Assembly: GCA_051362555.1 (NCBI GenBank)
Contig: CM120645.1
Location: 1,488,001-1,552,000, forward strand
Length of the DNA: 64,000 nucleotides
Source: Lingula anatina
Taxonomy: Eukaryota; Animalia; Brachiopoda
Direction of reading: 5' to 3'
In this document: piece after piece, positions 1 to 12,396 of the stretch
How positions within the stretch are numbered: the first letter of the stretch is position 1
Layout: each line of letters begins with the position of its first letter
Notes under the pieces: model-generated
Seen by the model: the letters and a program-made list of their open reading frames with translations, nothing else
Databases searched by the model: none
Told to the model about the DNA's origin: nothing
Position numbers and translations under genes: made by a program

Positions 1-887
1 TCGGCATGTGTACAGCATCTCGACTCCACCTTCAAATGATGAGACTGCGCACAGAAGCTCCTTATATTATGGCGAATGATCACATGGGTGCTGACCTCTG
101 ATACAGGCTCTAATCTGAATAAATATTGCGGTGCATATGGATGACGCATTGACAATGAATCAGATTGAAAGGACTGAAGCCGGGTGTTATCTGTTTAATA
201 CCCACCATGTTCATTATATCACCAAACAAAAAAAAAATAGAATTTTAATTTTTATGCGTATGACAGCGCTACATGTATGACGTATATGTCTAGCTTTAGC
301 AGCCCTAGGGTTTAAACTGTGGGGTATGAGTTGTTTTTTTTTCTGTGTGGTGAGCGCCCGGAAATAACGTCTGTGTTTAATAAAGAGAAGATCGCAGAAA
401 GTGAGATTTTATTTTTTAAAACATGTCAAGTTTATATCGGACAAGTGATCTATTATTTAGCAATACACTTGAGTTTGCTGGAGGGAAGTTGGACATAACT
501 CTAACGGTCCAACAAATAGAAAACACCTGTAACCGGTCAATGAGTTGTGAACGTGGCCAGTTCTACTGTCATTTGTTGGTATATAAAGATCAGTACACAG
601 TTAATCTATAAAAAAAAACTTCGTGGGTAATTATTTCTTATTAATTAATTAATTTATTTATTTTCATGCGTTATGTCGATTAATCACGTTTTATTCTCAA
701 ATGACTGACATAAGTGTCATCAGGGGTCCATTTAAGATTATATTGACGATACTTAAAGAAATTTGGAAACATTAATTCAACCCCAGATAATAGCATAAAC
801 AAAATCATTGTCAGTATGGACGACACGGATGTTGAACTTGCCAAGACTTGAAAATCATTATATCAAACACATTGCTAATAATACTGA

Positions 888-1474
888 TAAGATAAAACAT
901 AATGCTTCATAACAATGCACATTGTTAATGATATTGATTAGATAAAAGACTACTTCGTAAAATTCTTTGTCTCACTAAAAAATATGAGGATTTTAAAATG
1001 ACTGTCTTTATGAACGTGCGTGTATTGGATAAAAGAAGAACATTCAGTGTTCACTGACTATGTTCGTTTTCATTAGCACAAGTGTTACGTTACCAATGAT
1101 GTAATAATTCCAATTATTACAATTCGCGGGTACATGAATGAAAATGCATAATAGGCTTCTCACATTTCTTTCTTTGATTTAGCATTGAAGATAAATGTTA
1201 GAAAGTAAGATAAAACAGAATTAATGCTTCATAACATTGTTTAATTGTCTCAGTAAAAAATATGAGGATTTTAAAATCACTGTTTTTATGAACGTGTTTT
1301 GGATAAAAGCAGAACATTCAGTGTTCACTGACTATGTTCCTATTCATTAGCACAAATGCTATGTTACCAATGATGTAATAATTACAATAATTACAATTCA
1401 CGGGTACATGAATAAAATTGCAAAATAGGCTTCTCACATTGCTTTCTTTGATTTAGCATTGAAGATAAATGTTA
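888..1474. repeat. Diverged tandem duplication (about 888-1200 and 1206-1474)
   Basis: Both copies share long blocks in the same order, e.g. aaaaatatgaggattttaaaat, gaacattcagtgttcactgactatgttc, gggtacatgaat, taggcttctcacatt, tagcattgaagataaatgtta. Confidence 0.9.
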
Positions 1475-1513
1475 CAACGTCAAACATTGCATTCATTATT
1501 TTGCAAGAGCAAC

Positions 1514-1580
1514 ATTATATTATATTATATTATATTATATTATATTATATTATATTATATTATAGTATAGTATATTATAT
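1514..1580. repeat. (TATAT)n microsatellite
   Basis: Directly visible; matches the reverse complement of the tract at 44830-44882. Confidence 0.95.
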
Positions 1581-1585
1581 TTCAG

Positions 1586-1718
1586 AACAGCGCAGATATC
1601 ATATGGTTCACACTACAGGGCACTATGAGGGACCCCACTCTGAACAAGACCTACAGCGGTCTAGAGGAGTTGTTTCACTGGCAGAGGGGGTTCACAGTGG
1701 GACCAGACACAAACAGGG
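1586..1718 (+). pseudogene. Orphan inverted copy of exon 44824-44655 of the CACHD1-like gene
   Basis: ttcag|AACAGCGCAGATATC...ACAAACAGGG matches the first 133 nt of the minus-strand exon with 9 substitutions and no indels (hand count). Reads NSADIIWFTLQGTMRDPTLNKTYSGLEELFHWQRGFTVGPDTNR. The upstream microsatellite and acceptor were copied too. Confidence 0.9.
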
Positions 1719-3622
1719 GTAATCTTACACAAGTTTGTGTTCAATACTGGCAAGTCAGGTGCAACGTTCTCAGTCCGCGGTACTAGTACTTTGAGGTAAA
1801 AAAAAAAAAAAAAACTAGTCCCTTTGTCGAGATTTGGAGACGTACAAGTCCACGGTGGATACCAGTGATTCGACTTTTTTCTATCAAACCACATACACCG
1901 TCACTCCACTCGACTGAGATGCAAACGGCCCCCAGTGCCCATCCTTTTTCATAAAAAATTGAAACCGATCCACCCAAACCTATATATTTACTAACTGGAA
2001 GCTCAATATAAGCTGATATTAATCTGTGTGTGACGCTCCCGACCAATCAGTGGGCGTCAAAATTTGTGATTATGTTACAATATTAAATCATTTATTACTC
2101 CCAGGTTTGAGGGCATTGATGCTTTTTTATATCATCTATCATTTCCAGGTCTGTCTGCATTGATACATTATTAAAACATTTACTACCCCCAGTTCGGACT
2201 GTACTGGTTACTTATTAAATCACTTTTATTTTAGATTTACATACTACAAATGATAATGATGGGCGGTAAAAAAATTACATATAAAAACCACACCATACTG
2301 CAGTTGCTGTTTGTCTTTAAACTGAATTCAAGTATTTTTAAATATATTAAAAATATTTAAAAATATTACCAAGAAAAAATAGTGTAACTTAGTTAATTTT
2401 ACAGCAAAATAAAAAAAATTTACTCAATAACAAAATTTACTGTCTAAAAATGTGAACAACTCACAATTTATTTTTCTTCAAATCACTTATCAACGCGTGG
2501 GACCATTAATACATGTAGTTTAGTTTGGATTAATAGTTTAGGAATTATAAAAAGAACAATAATACAGGTGTTAACCAGATGACCTTCCTAGGGAAAAATA
2601 GGGAATTATTATAAGACCTCTTACTTTAATCTTCATCACAACTAGGTTTTGTCCCACAAAACTTCAATTTTCAAAATTGATTAAAAATAAACTGTAATCA
2701 TTTTCAAGTCTGATACCTGTATAAGCAATAATCAGAAATTTGCAGATTATAACCGTTTTAAAAAACGCCTACTTTTAACTTATCATTATCTTCAAGAAAA
2801 TTTTAATGTGTGAAAACAGCTAATTATAAACCAAATTTCAAAATAATGAACCTACATAATCTGTCAAATGCATGACGTTTTATTTTAAATGTACAAAAAA
2901 CAGGTATATATATTTCACCCATCCAACTTGCACACACATAGTGATATACAGATTTACACTTTTTTTCACAAAGACAATTAAATTTCATGATTAGCTGTAT
3001 GTCAAGTTAACAAATAAGCTACCTATTTCTTTGATAAAAACGCACCTATATTCGTCGATATACATGTACATTTTCTAACACAATATTTACGCACCCACCT
3101 ACGTGTGTATTTAACGTAAATAAATGTGTTTGAAAAGGGAAACAAATTATTAGATGAAATAAATTACTACACCCAGCACATAATTGCATATGTAAATAAG
3201 GCTATAATATAAATTAGTCAAAACAAAATATAAATATAATAACCAACATGTGTCTTGACATGTTATGGCCCATTGTAATATGTACTGTAGTTTGATATTG
3301 AAAGGAAAAACAATGTATCAATTATTTACAAATGTATCAAGTTTTACATTTTTCATAAAGATTTGGGATGCACTTTACCAGTAGTTGTTAAGGGCTGACA
3401 ATAAGATACAGTGTAACAATCCAGCTGATTCCTCTTCATATTTCCACACTATTAGTGTATAGGTAACATTTCTGATCGACAGAGGCATGGCTAAGCATTA
3501 CTTGGTGATTAAAAATCAAAACCTTACTATAGCAATTACATCATGAAATAAACATAATTGGTATATGTCAGCGAGGAATAACACACATTTTCATGTTTCA
3601 GTTTATAGGTATTTTGGGTGCA

Positions 3623-3832
3623 TTCCCATGGTTTTTAGTTCGATCTATCCCCGTGGAGAATCTCACTAGATTGTTGTCAGCCTGACCGGCTTATTTGTCT
3701 GCCCCGCCTACTAAAAGCTGTAAGGAGGTAATCAACTTTTGTGCCCCCCGGCGCTTTGAACCTGACAGCAATTTAGGGTGAACCCCCAGGGAGTAAGGTC
3801 GATCCGTATAGATCGATCTAAATCTATGGGAA
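3623..3832. mobile_element. Degenerate MITE-like inverted-repeat element just 3' of the NLR stop codon
   Basis: ttcccatggtttttagttcgatctat ... atagatcgatctaaatctatgggaa form imperfect TIRs; no clear TSD. Confidence 0.55.
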
Positions 3833-3877
3833 CCCAGTCTTTGATATCAAAGTAACTAGTCCTACTCGTCCTTACTG

Positions 3878-6586
3878 TCACAAATGTAGGAACACTTTGT
3901 ATTTAAGGCTGTCGTCTGGCTGCGGGAGACTCTCCTTAAGGCCATTATCCCAAAGATCCCAAGATGATACATGCTGGTAAGAACTGACAATGGCTTCTAT
4001 CAGGTCACTGAGGCGCTCAACTCTACCCAGGTTATTACAGGACATGTTAATCTTCATTCCAGTCGGCTCTGACATTAACCCAAAAGAGGCAAAGCTAAAT
4101 ACGCCTTCTATGTCCATGTCACTGCGGAGGTCAACACTGCCCAGGTCATTCCAGGACATGCCAATCTCCATTCCAGTCTGCTCTGACACTGTACTGAGAG
4201 ATTTTATCAATGCTATCAGTGGACTGGTGATACCGTGGTACTGACCCAAGCCATTGTCACGGAATGAGAAGTCCTTTAGCTTGGTGGTGTGTATCACACC
4301 TTGGCTCAGTTCACGCACGGCTTCACAGACATCCGGACATCTGTCATAGTCTTTGTTATATTCTCCCCTAGGACACGTACACTTGCTAGGTCCACAATCG
4401 GGTCCATGGATGAATACCCCTTCCAGTTCCAGATATTTCAGCCCTGCCACATGACGCAGGTTCGTCCCCAGACTTTTTACCCCCTCAGCACCAAGGTGGA
4501 TACGTGTAATATTTATGTGAACCAAATCATGACTGATATTAGGCAGTGTCCCTAGTAGTGGTGCTTGGTCTTTTGATATTTCATAGCTTCCTTTTACAGC
4601 AATGTACTGCAATGACACCATCTGTTGGATCACCTGCCAGTCTTGGTCATTTACTTCACTGACCGCAAGAAATACCAGATTCCCGGGGTTTGGGATTGAC
4701 GCTAGAGCTCCTTTATAAGAACCTATTATTTTAAGTATTTGAAGGTTAGGAGCTTTTGGTAAAACTTTATTCAATGCACATTGGCAAACATCACATGTGT
4801 GGAACCTATTCAACCAAGATATCTCTTCTAGTTTCTCAGACATGGAACACGTATTGAGTATAGATAATAGTTTGTGCCATTCTTCCGTACGTTTTTCGAA
4901 AATGGAAGGTATACAAATTAAGCCGTGATCGGTGAAGTCTAGCTTGACTTTTGTCACATCCATGAACATAACAGCACATGTCTGAGCACTGCTATATGCA
5001 CTGTCTACACTGTCCCAAAGGGCTTGCTGGAATCTGAGATCAGAGTGAAAAAATGACCTAGGTATGCAAAGCTCCGTGTGCCAGGAGATGGCTAAGTGGA
5101 TAAGCTCAGGTGGTAGCACTGTTCCATGGGGACAGTGGGCGTACCAGCGTTCTAGGAGGAGATTATAAACCCACTTCGTGTGCCTACTTTCATCAAGCAA
5201 AAAAAGTTTTCCTTTTTTCTTTTCACCATACAGAGCATTAGCTCTACGCAGAACCTTGACAGTTGCTGTCTCAGATAACCCACACAAGAATCGCAACACG
5301 TAGTCCATGTCATGGAGCCTGTCAAGGGTGTTAAAGCATCCCAAGAACTTATCTAAATCATTGTCGATTGTCCTGGCAAAATATTTTGCAGCAAATAATT
5401 CTTGAATTGTTTTATGAAGAAATGTTACTTCTCTTTTAACATCAAAATTACAGTGCACCTTTGATCTGCTGAGAAGTCCTAAACTGTACAGCTCGTCGAT
5501 ATCTGGAATTGACTGGAGGTCTTCTTCATCAAATGTGAGACCCCCAACTGGTTTCAGCAATCCATGTAATGCTTGTTTACCAAGTTGCAAAAAAGTATCA
5601 TTCAGCTCTTCAAGATATTTGTCCACTTCACTTTCCTTCTCGATTTTATTTTTTCGTCTTATAATCAGCCGCAAAAGTTTTTCATACAGTAGTGTGTATG
5701 AAGCTGGGAGAGAAACTGCTGTCGCATCGCTTGTATGATTCCCTTCCCACATAAGACAAATGAAAAGTAAAACTATTGGGATTTTGGCCAGGGACATTAG
5801 CTTCCTTATCTGCAGGTAGCCTACGAGACCTATTGCTTGAAGTGACTCGTCACATGCCTGTCCATCATCAAAGAATTTAGCAACATATTCAGCTATGTTG
5901 TCCTCTGTTAGCCCAGTGATTTCATACACACCGTCCGTTATTCTTCTGTTCATCAATTCCTCTGCCTTCCATGGACGTGATGTGATGACGGTGCAAACAT
6001 CCGGGTATTGTCTGCCAAGAATGATGTCTGTGATTTCTTTGGAAGTGTTGGGATCATATTCATCATAGCCATCAAAGACCAGTAGCACTTTGTTACGATC
6101 TTCTTTCAGAGCACACATGATATCCTCTATCACTTCTTTTTCTGCGGAGCAAGGAATTTGCATTTCAATTGCTTTCTTGAGTGTTTGATGTGGCAGAATG
6201 CTGCGTAGATTTAGAATTAAAAGGTATTTATAGTTTGAAAGTATCCTTCCACAAGTGTTTGAACCCAATATTGCATTTGCCCAGTCTGTTGCCATTTTTT
6301 GTGTAAATGTGGTTTTGCCGATGCCTGCTTTCCCTCTTACCAATATTCTCTTTGGTGTTTTACCTTGTTTGGTATCGTTAAATATTGATGTGTAGCCCTG
6401 AATTCGATCAAAACTGGTACCTGCTGGTTTCTTTTTCTCTTGAACCCACTCTAAGTTAACATATACATCATCTATGTGCATTGTGTCGTTGGGGTCCCAG
6501 GGAAGACGTTGTATCTGGCTCATGTACTTGATGTAGAATTCTGCTATTTCCTTGTTTCTCGACTCTGTTGGGCTCGTTTCAAGTGC
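3878..6586 (-). CDS. NLR terminal exon: NACHT NTPase, winged helix/HD2 and RI-like LRRs
   Basis: Walker A GKAGIGKTT, Walker B LLVFDGYDE, sensor-1 VITSRP, WH motif FLHKTIQELFAA, LRR-like segments (LKDFSFRDNGL, MSWNDLG, WDLWDNGL). Acceptor tattcag|GCA at 6586 is in frame with the 881-aa ORF. Confidence 0.95.
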   Translation of the reverse strand, partial: ALETSPTESRNKEIAEFYIKYMSQIQRLPWDPNDTMHIDDVYVNLEWVQEKKKPAGTSFDRIQGYTSIFNDTKQGKTPKRILVRGKAGIGKTTFTQKMATDWANAILGSNTCGRILSNYKYLLILNLRSILPHQTLKKAIEMQIPCSAEKEVIEDIMCALKEDRNKVLLVFDGYDEYDPNTSKEITDIILGRQYPDVCTVITSRPWKAEELMNRRITDGVYEITGLTEDNIAEYVAKFFDDGQACDESLQAIGLVGYLQIRKLMSLAKIPIVLLFICLMWEGNHTSDATAVSLPASYTLLYEKLLRLIIRRKNKIEKESEVDKYLEELNDTFLQLGKQALHGLLKPVGGLTFDEEDLQSIPDIDELYSLGLLSRSKVHCNFDVKREVTFLHKTIQELFAAKYFARTIDNDLDKFLGCFNTLDRLHDMDYVLRFLCGLSETATVKVLRRANALYGEKKKGKLFLLDESRHTKWVYNLLLERWYAHCPHGTVLPPELIHLAISWHTELCIPRSFFHSDLRFQQALWDSVDSAYSSAQTCAVMFMDVTKVKLDFTDHGLICIPSIFEKRTEEWHKLLSILNTCSMSEKLEEISWLNRFHTCDVCQCALNKVLPKAPNLQILKIIGSYKGALASIPNPGNLVFLAVSEVNDQDWQVIQQMVSLQYIAVKGSYEISKDQAPLLGTLPNISHDLVHINITRIHLGAEGVKSLGTNLRHVAGLKYLELEGVFIHGPDCGPSKCTCPRGEYNKDYDRCPDVCEAVRELSQGVIHTTKLKDFSFRDNGLGQYHGITSPLIALIKSLSTVSEQTGMEIGMSWNDLGSVDLRSDMDIEGVFSFASFGLMSEPTGMKINMSCNNLGRVERLSDLIEAIVSSYQHVSSWDLWDNGLKESLPQPDDSLKYKVFLHL

Positions 6587-9500
6587 CTGAATAATATAGA
6601 ATACATATAACGTTTAATCATCTTTTACTTAATTTTAAAGACAAAATGAAACATGCAACTAAAATGAAAATGGTCTCCTTGCTTAAACTGTGTTCTTATT
6701 TAAAATGAAAATATTTGACAAGTAGAGGCAGGCAATATGTATTATGAAAATTCAAATAAGTTATTTTAATAGAAATGCATGTACAGCACAACGCATAATA
6801 TAACCAAATAGAAATTCCCACATAAATGATAATTACATACCGGAGGTCATGATTTAACATAAAAAGAAATGATAACTCTAACTGAACTTGTAAAACATGA
6901 TGTATCCACCGTGAATTACGCATGACACCCTGTGGGTAACCCTCTGTAACGTGACAGAGAGTCCCCATGACAGAGAGTCCGCTTCCTATTCATTTGTACA
7001 GGTAAGCCTCGCCCTAGATTTTGACCCACATAGGTAAGACTAAACCTAACCATTATATATGGAGGGCGGACTTTCTGTTACGCGGTATGTAGTCATTTAT
7101 AAATGTTTATTTAATTAAGACAAGATTTTGATTAAAATGTAAAGCGGCATATTCTAAATCACATTACCTGATAGCAGGTATCTGGCTTCGTTGTGTTAAG
7201 TTTGGCGCCTGAAAGAAACATAGAGAGAACAATATCATAAATGTTATAACATTTTAAATAACATTTTATAACATTATAAATAAGTAAATATTTTTCCAGC
7301 CTTTACAACTTATAATCTAAACTAAGACAATACCTGCATGACTACTGTTAACAATTTCACAGCAGTACTCCTCCATGCAATTATAAAATAATCTAAGCTC
7401 ACTTCACTATACTAAAATGACATAGCTACTATAAACTTAAGGGCGTCGAGGAATGCTGAGGAATGTCCAAGGTTTTACAGAGACTTACATGTCGTTTTCC
7501 TGTACTCACAATACATGAAATATATTAGATGTATTTATATACATATATTTTATTTACAATATTTGCACTGTATAATACAAACATATTTAAATAAAGTAGG
7601 AAAAGGTGAATAGAACATAAACGTCTCGTTGGTTTCTAGTGACGTAGAATATACAGTCTGAAAGGACTCGTGTATCGTTACTGTGGTAATTTGGAGCATT
7701 ATCACAGCCATATTGAAAGGGGAAAATACTTTTATATATCTCAATGCAATTTTTTGTTATATACTATCCATATTGGCCTAAATTATGAGCAAAAAAACTC
7801 ATTTTTACCATTATGGAGGCCATGGGTGGCCCATCTATCCCTCAAATCCAAGATGGCCGCCAAAAACCATTTTGAAATTGGGCATAATTCACTATTTTGA
7901 AACTACATGTATTACATCTTTGTAAATGAGTAACACCTCGTTTTATATTATTTTCTGGTGCAGAATACATTATCTGTTTCATAAAATTTGTGCCTCAAAG
8001 CCAAGATGGCCCCCATCTGCCATTTTCAAATTGAGCATTATTCACCATTTTGAAACTATCACATCCTCATAAGCGTGCCATCGTCATTTTTGATTATTTA
8101 TTTCCTGGTGCAGAATGCATTTTCGGTTTCATAAAATGTAAACAGAAACTTTTATAAGCCTCCAAATAAATATAGGATTTAGTCGCCACATGGGCCTGCA
8201 GTTTACATGTACAATTAGTAATCCAATTAGTACATAACTGCTTTTGCCCGATCTATAAAACAAGTGTCAGCAAACAAAATGGCTGAATTAAAGCAAAAGA
8301 ATACATATTTGACCGCACGAGGAAAACTTTTAGCCATTATTTTGATCAAAACCAAGTGTTGGTTGCATGCCGCTTTTTTAATAATTTGGTGTAATTTATA
8401 ATCTTTGAACTGTGGGACCCTCATTCGGTTGGATTAGGTAAAATGGTACTATTCTGGAGGCTCAAAAGTAATTTTCCGGTGCTAATTTGGTGACAGAAGA
8501 TAATAAAAAGGTAATATAAGGTTGTAAAATGAATTCCAAGATGAGTTTCGTTGAGTCTGTTACAAAAATGTGGAACCCGAACCACATGCTCAAATATATC
8601 ATCTAGATTTATCTTAAGTGACCATCCACTAAAAGATACTGGATAATTTCAAGGTAAGCAATAAATATGTAAACATAGTGGTATTATATTATTAATCTTT
8701 TACTGGTCCATGTGAACCAAAAAGCCACACGTACATTTATGTCCCAGTCACTGGGGCTTGCATTTGCATGTTAAATATAGTCCAGAAGATTTGAAGGGTG
8801 ATAAATGTGTCGTCTTATAATACTATGAAACTTGGTTAGTTGTGTTGATTCGTAAATGCCCGTGAAAGACAAGCAAATGGAATTTGCTTTGAAATAGCTC
8901 CAGATCTTGTCTGCAAAATCATCCAGCAGCACAGCAAAAAGAAACACGCATGATCAGCTCTGGTAGGCCAATAAGACAACAACCAGTAAGAATTGAGGTT
9001 TTGTCAGTGTCCTTTGAGAAACAGCCAGACAATATATTAAAATCCAGTTTCCAGAGAAACATCAATGCATGAGAACATGTCGCATCAGAGGAAGAAGGAA
9101 TCTGCAAAACCAACTAGAAAGCAGCTGCTGCGCAGGTAGGCAAGAGGGATAAAGCAAAATAGTCGAGGAAGCAGCCTCTTTTCCTAGTTGACAGTGCCAG
9201 TGATCATTCCTAGCATGATTTGGCCATCTCATTACCAATAGAAATCCATAAGGCGATTACATAGTTCTCATTGTTTCCAATGGACGAACAAGCACAAAAC
9301 ATCTACAGTATATGACAACTACAGGAAAATTCATCTTGGAATCATCTTAAAACAAATTATGCCTTTTTTATTGTACTTTGTCACCAGAATAACACCAGAA
9401 ATTAATTAGGCCACACTTTTTTATTTTTATGGATGACATCCTCTGGGGACCCCAAAATCGGTGCGAGCGGGCGAAAAAAAAAAAAACAGTCCAAAGAAAT

Positions 9501-10386
9501 GCTTAAGAAAAGTTATGTTTTCAGTACACAGCTGGAAACACTAATTTACCACAGAAACACGTATCAAGCTAACAACATATCTTTATCCATGCTCTCAAAA
9601 TATTAAAACATTGTGAATAGGGCCTACTTCGTAGAAAGGTAAAAAGAGATGAATATATATGCTGCATATTACCAAATCTATTTAAGGTTATTCCATGCAT
9701 TCTGTTGGTATAGCAATCAATAAAACAAATATAAAATAAACAGCGTGTCTTTATTTGTACTCTCAAAAATTAAAGCATTGTAAACACTTCACAGAATTGT
9801 TAAAAAATGAAGCAAAGATAGGCCTATGCTTCCTACTACCAAACCTAAAAAAGGTAATTTCGGTCGATGCCATTTTGTCTACTTCGACTCACACGTAGCA
9901 GCCAACTATCGGGTGGCCTGTCCGACCTTCAGTCCACCAAATACTACAACGCTCTTGACAGCCCTTTTCTTGCTACAAAAAAAACCCTGGTATGTGCTGC
10001 TTTGGACAGAATGTCACTGAAATTTTCCGGGCGATGATCGCTGGCCACGGCCAGCCTTTCGTATAATTGTAAAAGGGTGATATCTCCATGTCCAATATCA
10101 ATGGCAAACCAATCCAAAACGACGGTCCCCGTTCTTTTTATGACTTTAATTGTCGTATATTTTGAAATTAATGCTAGAGATAAAGTTGACGGCAAAGCGG
10201 CCATATTTCCACGTGGTGATAATACGCATGCTCAGAAAGCTCATTTTCTGCACTCGGAACTACTCGGATGTCGCCGCAGTCGACAATGACAGTATGGAGC
10301 TTGCGGAATTAGCTGAGGATTGCCGATTGCATTTTCCGGCAAATTCAATAACGACGTTTGCGACAACCGACTTCCTTGGGGGGGGG

Positions 10387-10419
<33 letters not shown>

Positions 10420-12365
10420 GGAGAACGGACGAAAATCGGTGCGCGCGCAGGACGTCATCCATAAAAATAAAAAAGTGTGGCCTTACTAAAAATAATAAAA
10501 TATTGTAATAATTATGTGTGAACATACGTGAAATGAACATCATATTTAATCCCATCTTCTCTTGACTACTCATAAAATTTTATACGAATATTACGGCTTG
10601 TGGATAACCTATTGTAAATGATAAATACGATTGTATTTGAATACGATTTGAATATTTGTAATTTTTCTTGTTTCACCACGTCTAGTCCTCCGATCTGAGT
10701 TTCCAGATTTTTGGCCAGTTGCGGAGGTTGAGGGTGCTGGAGAATACTTGTCAGACAGAGTAGAAGATCTGCTTCGAGATCCTGATTTGGAGGAGAGTAT
10801 TGTTAAGAAATTATATTTGCACAATTGTGCATCAGTTTCACAATTACAGAAACCGTACTTTGATAATTATTCTGGCACAGATACAATGAGCAAACAATAT
10901 TTATTTATTTTCTAAATCTTACTTGTTTTAGCCCTCTTCTTGTGGGGACATCCAGTTTTCTGGCCACTTCTGGAAGTTGAGGGTGCTGGGGAGTCGTCGC
11001 TGTCAGACTGGGAAGACGATCTGCTTCGCAAACCTGATTTGGAGGGAAATATAAACGGTTTATACATATGCATATCTACTGTAATATTACTAGGATATAT
11101 GGTCTATCTGAATTGAAAAGTGGTTTTGGAGCAATAACGTGTAATTGCTTCCTGGAACAGATTAAGTAAAATGGGTGATGATCAAGAAGGTATGAAATAT
11201 ATAAATGATTGACATGATCATAAAAATCACATTAGCTAACTGACGTGGTCATATGGACAGACTGTAAATTACGAAACTTACTGACTTAGTGACATTAGTA
11301 CATGCAGTGAACAGCCAATTGAACTTTAAAGTGTAAAGAATATATTTTGTCATTTATGATGTAATACATACATGTAGCTTTTTAAAAATACAATATTTAA
11401 AAATATTTTGAAATACAATATATCGGTCCTTAAGTATGCACTATAACTGTGTAAATTTCGAAATTTTAAAACAAGAAAAGGGCCTTGGGCCAGTGGAGAT
11501 TCAAAATCAGACGTTGAGAAAAGTCCATGTGTAAATAATGTATTACTTAAAATTGACATGATGTTTTCTCGCCATCAACAAGTCACAGTAAAAAAAGTAA
11601 AGGTACTTCATAGCAAATACGCGACGTTGGACTGACCGATGTCGAAATCGCCCAAACTTGGGCTGTAGAAGAAACGCTGTCCAACGCCCCCCCCCTCCCC
11701 TTGTTGTCTGAATGATTACACAATAAATCAGCTGCCCATGGTTGAGTTTGAAGGCATAAACATTCCTTATGTAAAAAATATACGAATGAGTCAATCCTGG
11801 TATCAACTACCATTGAGTAAGGGTGAAATCTACTTTTACTTTTTATTACCACTGCACAAGAGGCGACAAAGAAACTAGAACATTTTGTATCGCAGATTTT
11901 TTCCGCTTCTTCTACAGTGTATATCTCTTGAAATGTACGTTTTATAGAAGAAATATATTCCACCCTTTTTGCCAATTTTGACTGGTGAATAATTGGATGC
12001 ATTAATGCACCATTGATACACCAGAATCTGTCTTCGTATCCACTAACGTGATGCAGAGATAATGCAGAAATAAACTCGAGATAATGCCGTCACATTAAAA
12101 AATACATCTGAGTGAATTTGCTAATCACCAAAAATATAGAGGTGCAAATGAGGTCACAGGCATGCTCTTAAAATATTTAGTGCACAGATTGTAAACTATT
12201 TTTTGCTTATTTTAGGGTCCCACATTAAGAAGTTTGTATCAAAGTTTCACTCTGCGGAAACAAGAATGATAAAAAATTATATCGTCTAGCCCCATAATGG
12301 GAACATACGTTACTGTCACAAATGCAAAATGTCCAGCTGTGAAACACTTTGAAAATTCAGTCGTC

Positions 12366-12396
<31 letters not shown>

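Noticed and set aside
1459-1722. 87-aa ORF with IILYY repeats
   Set aside because: Microsatellite translation plus an out-of-frame read of the copied exon.
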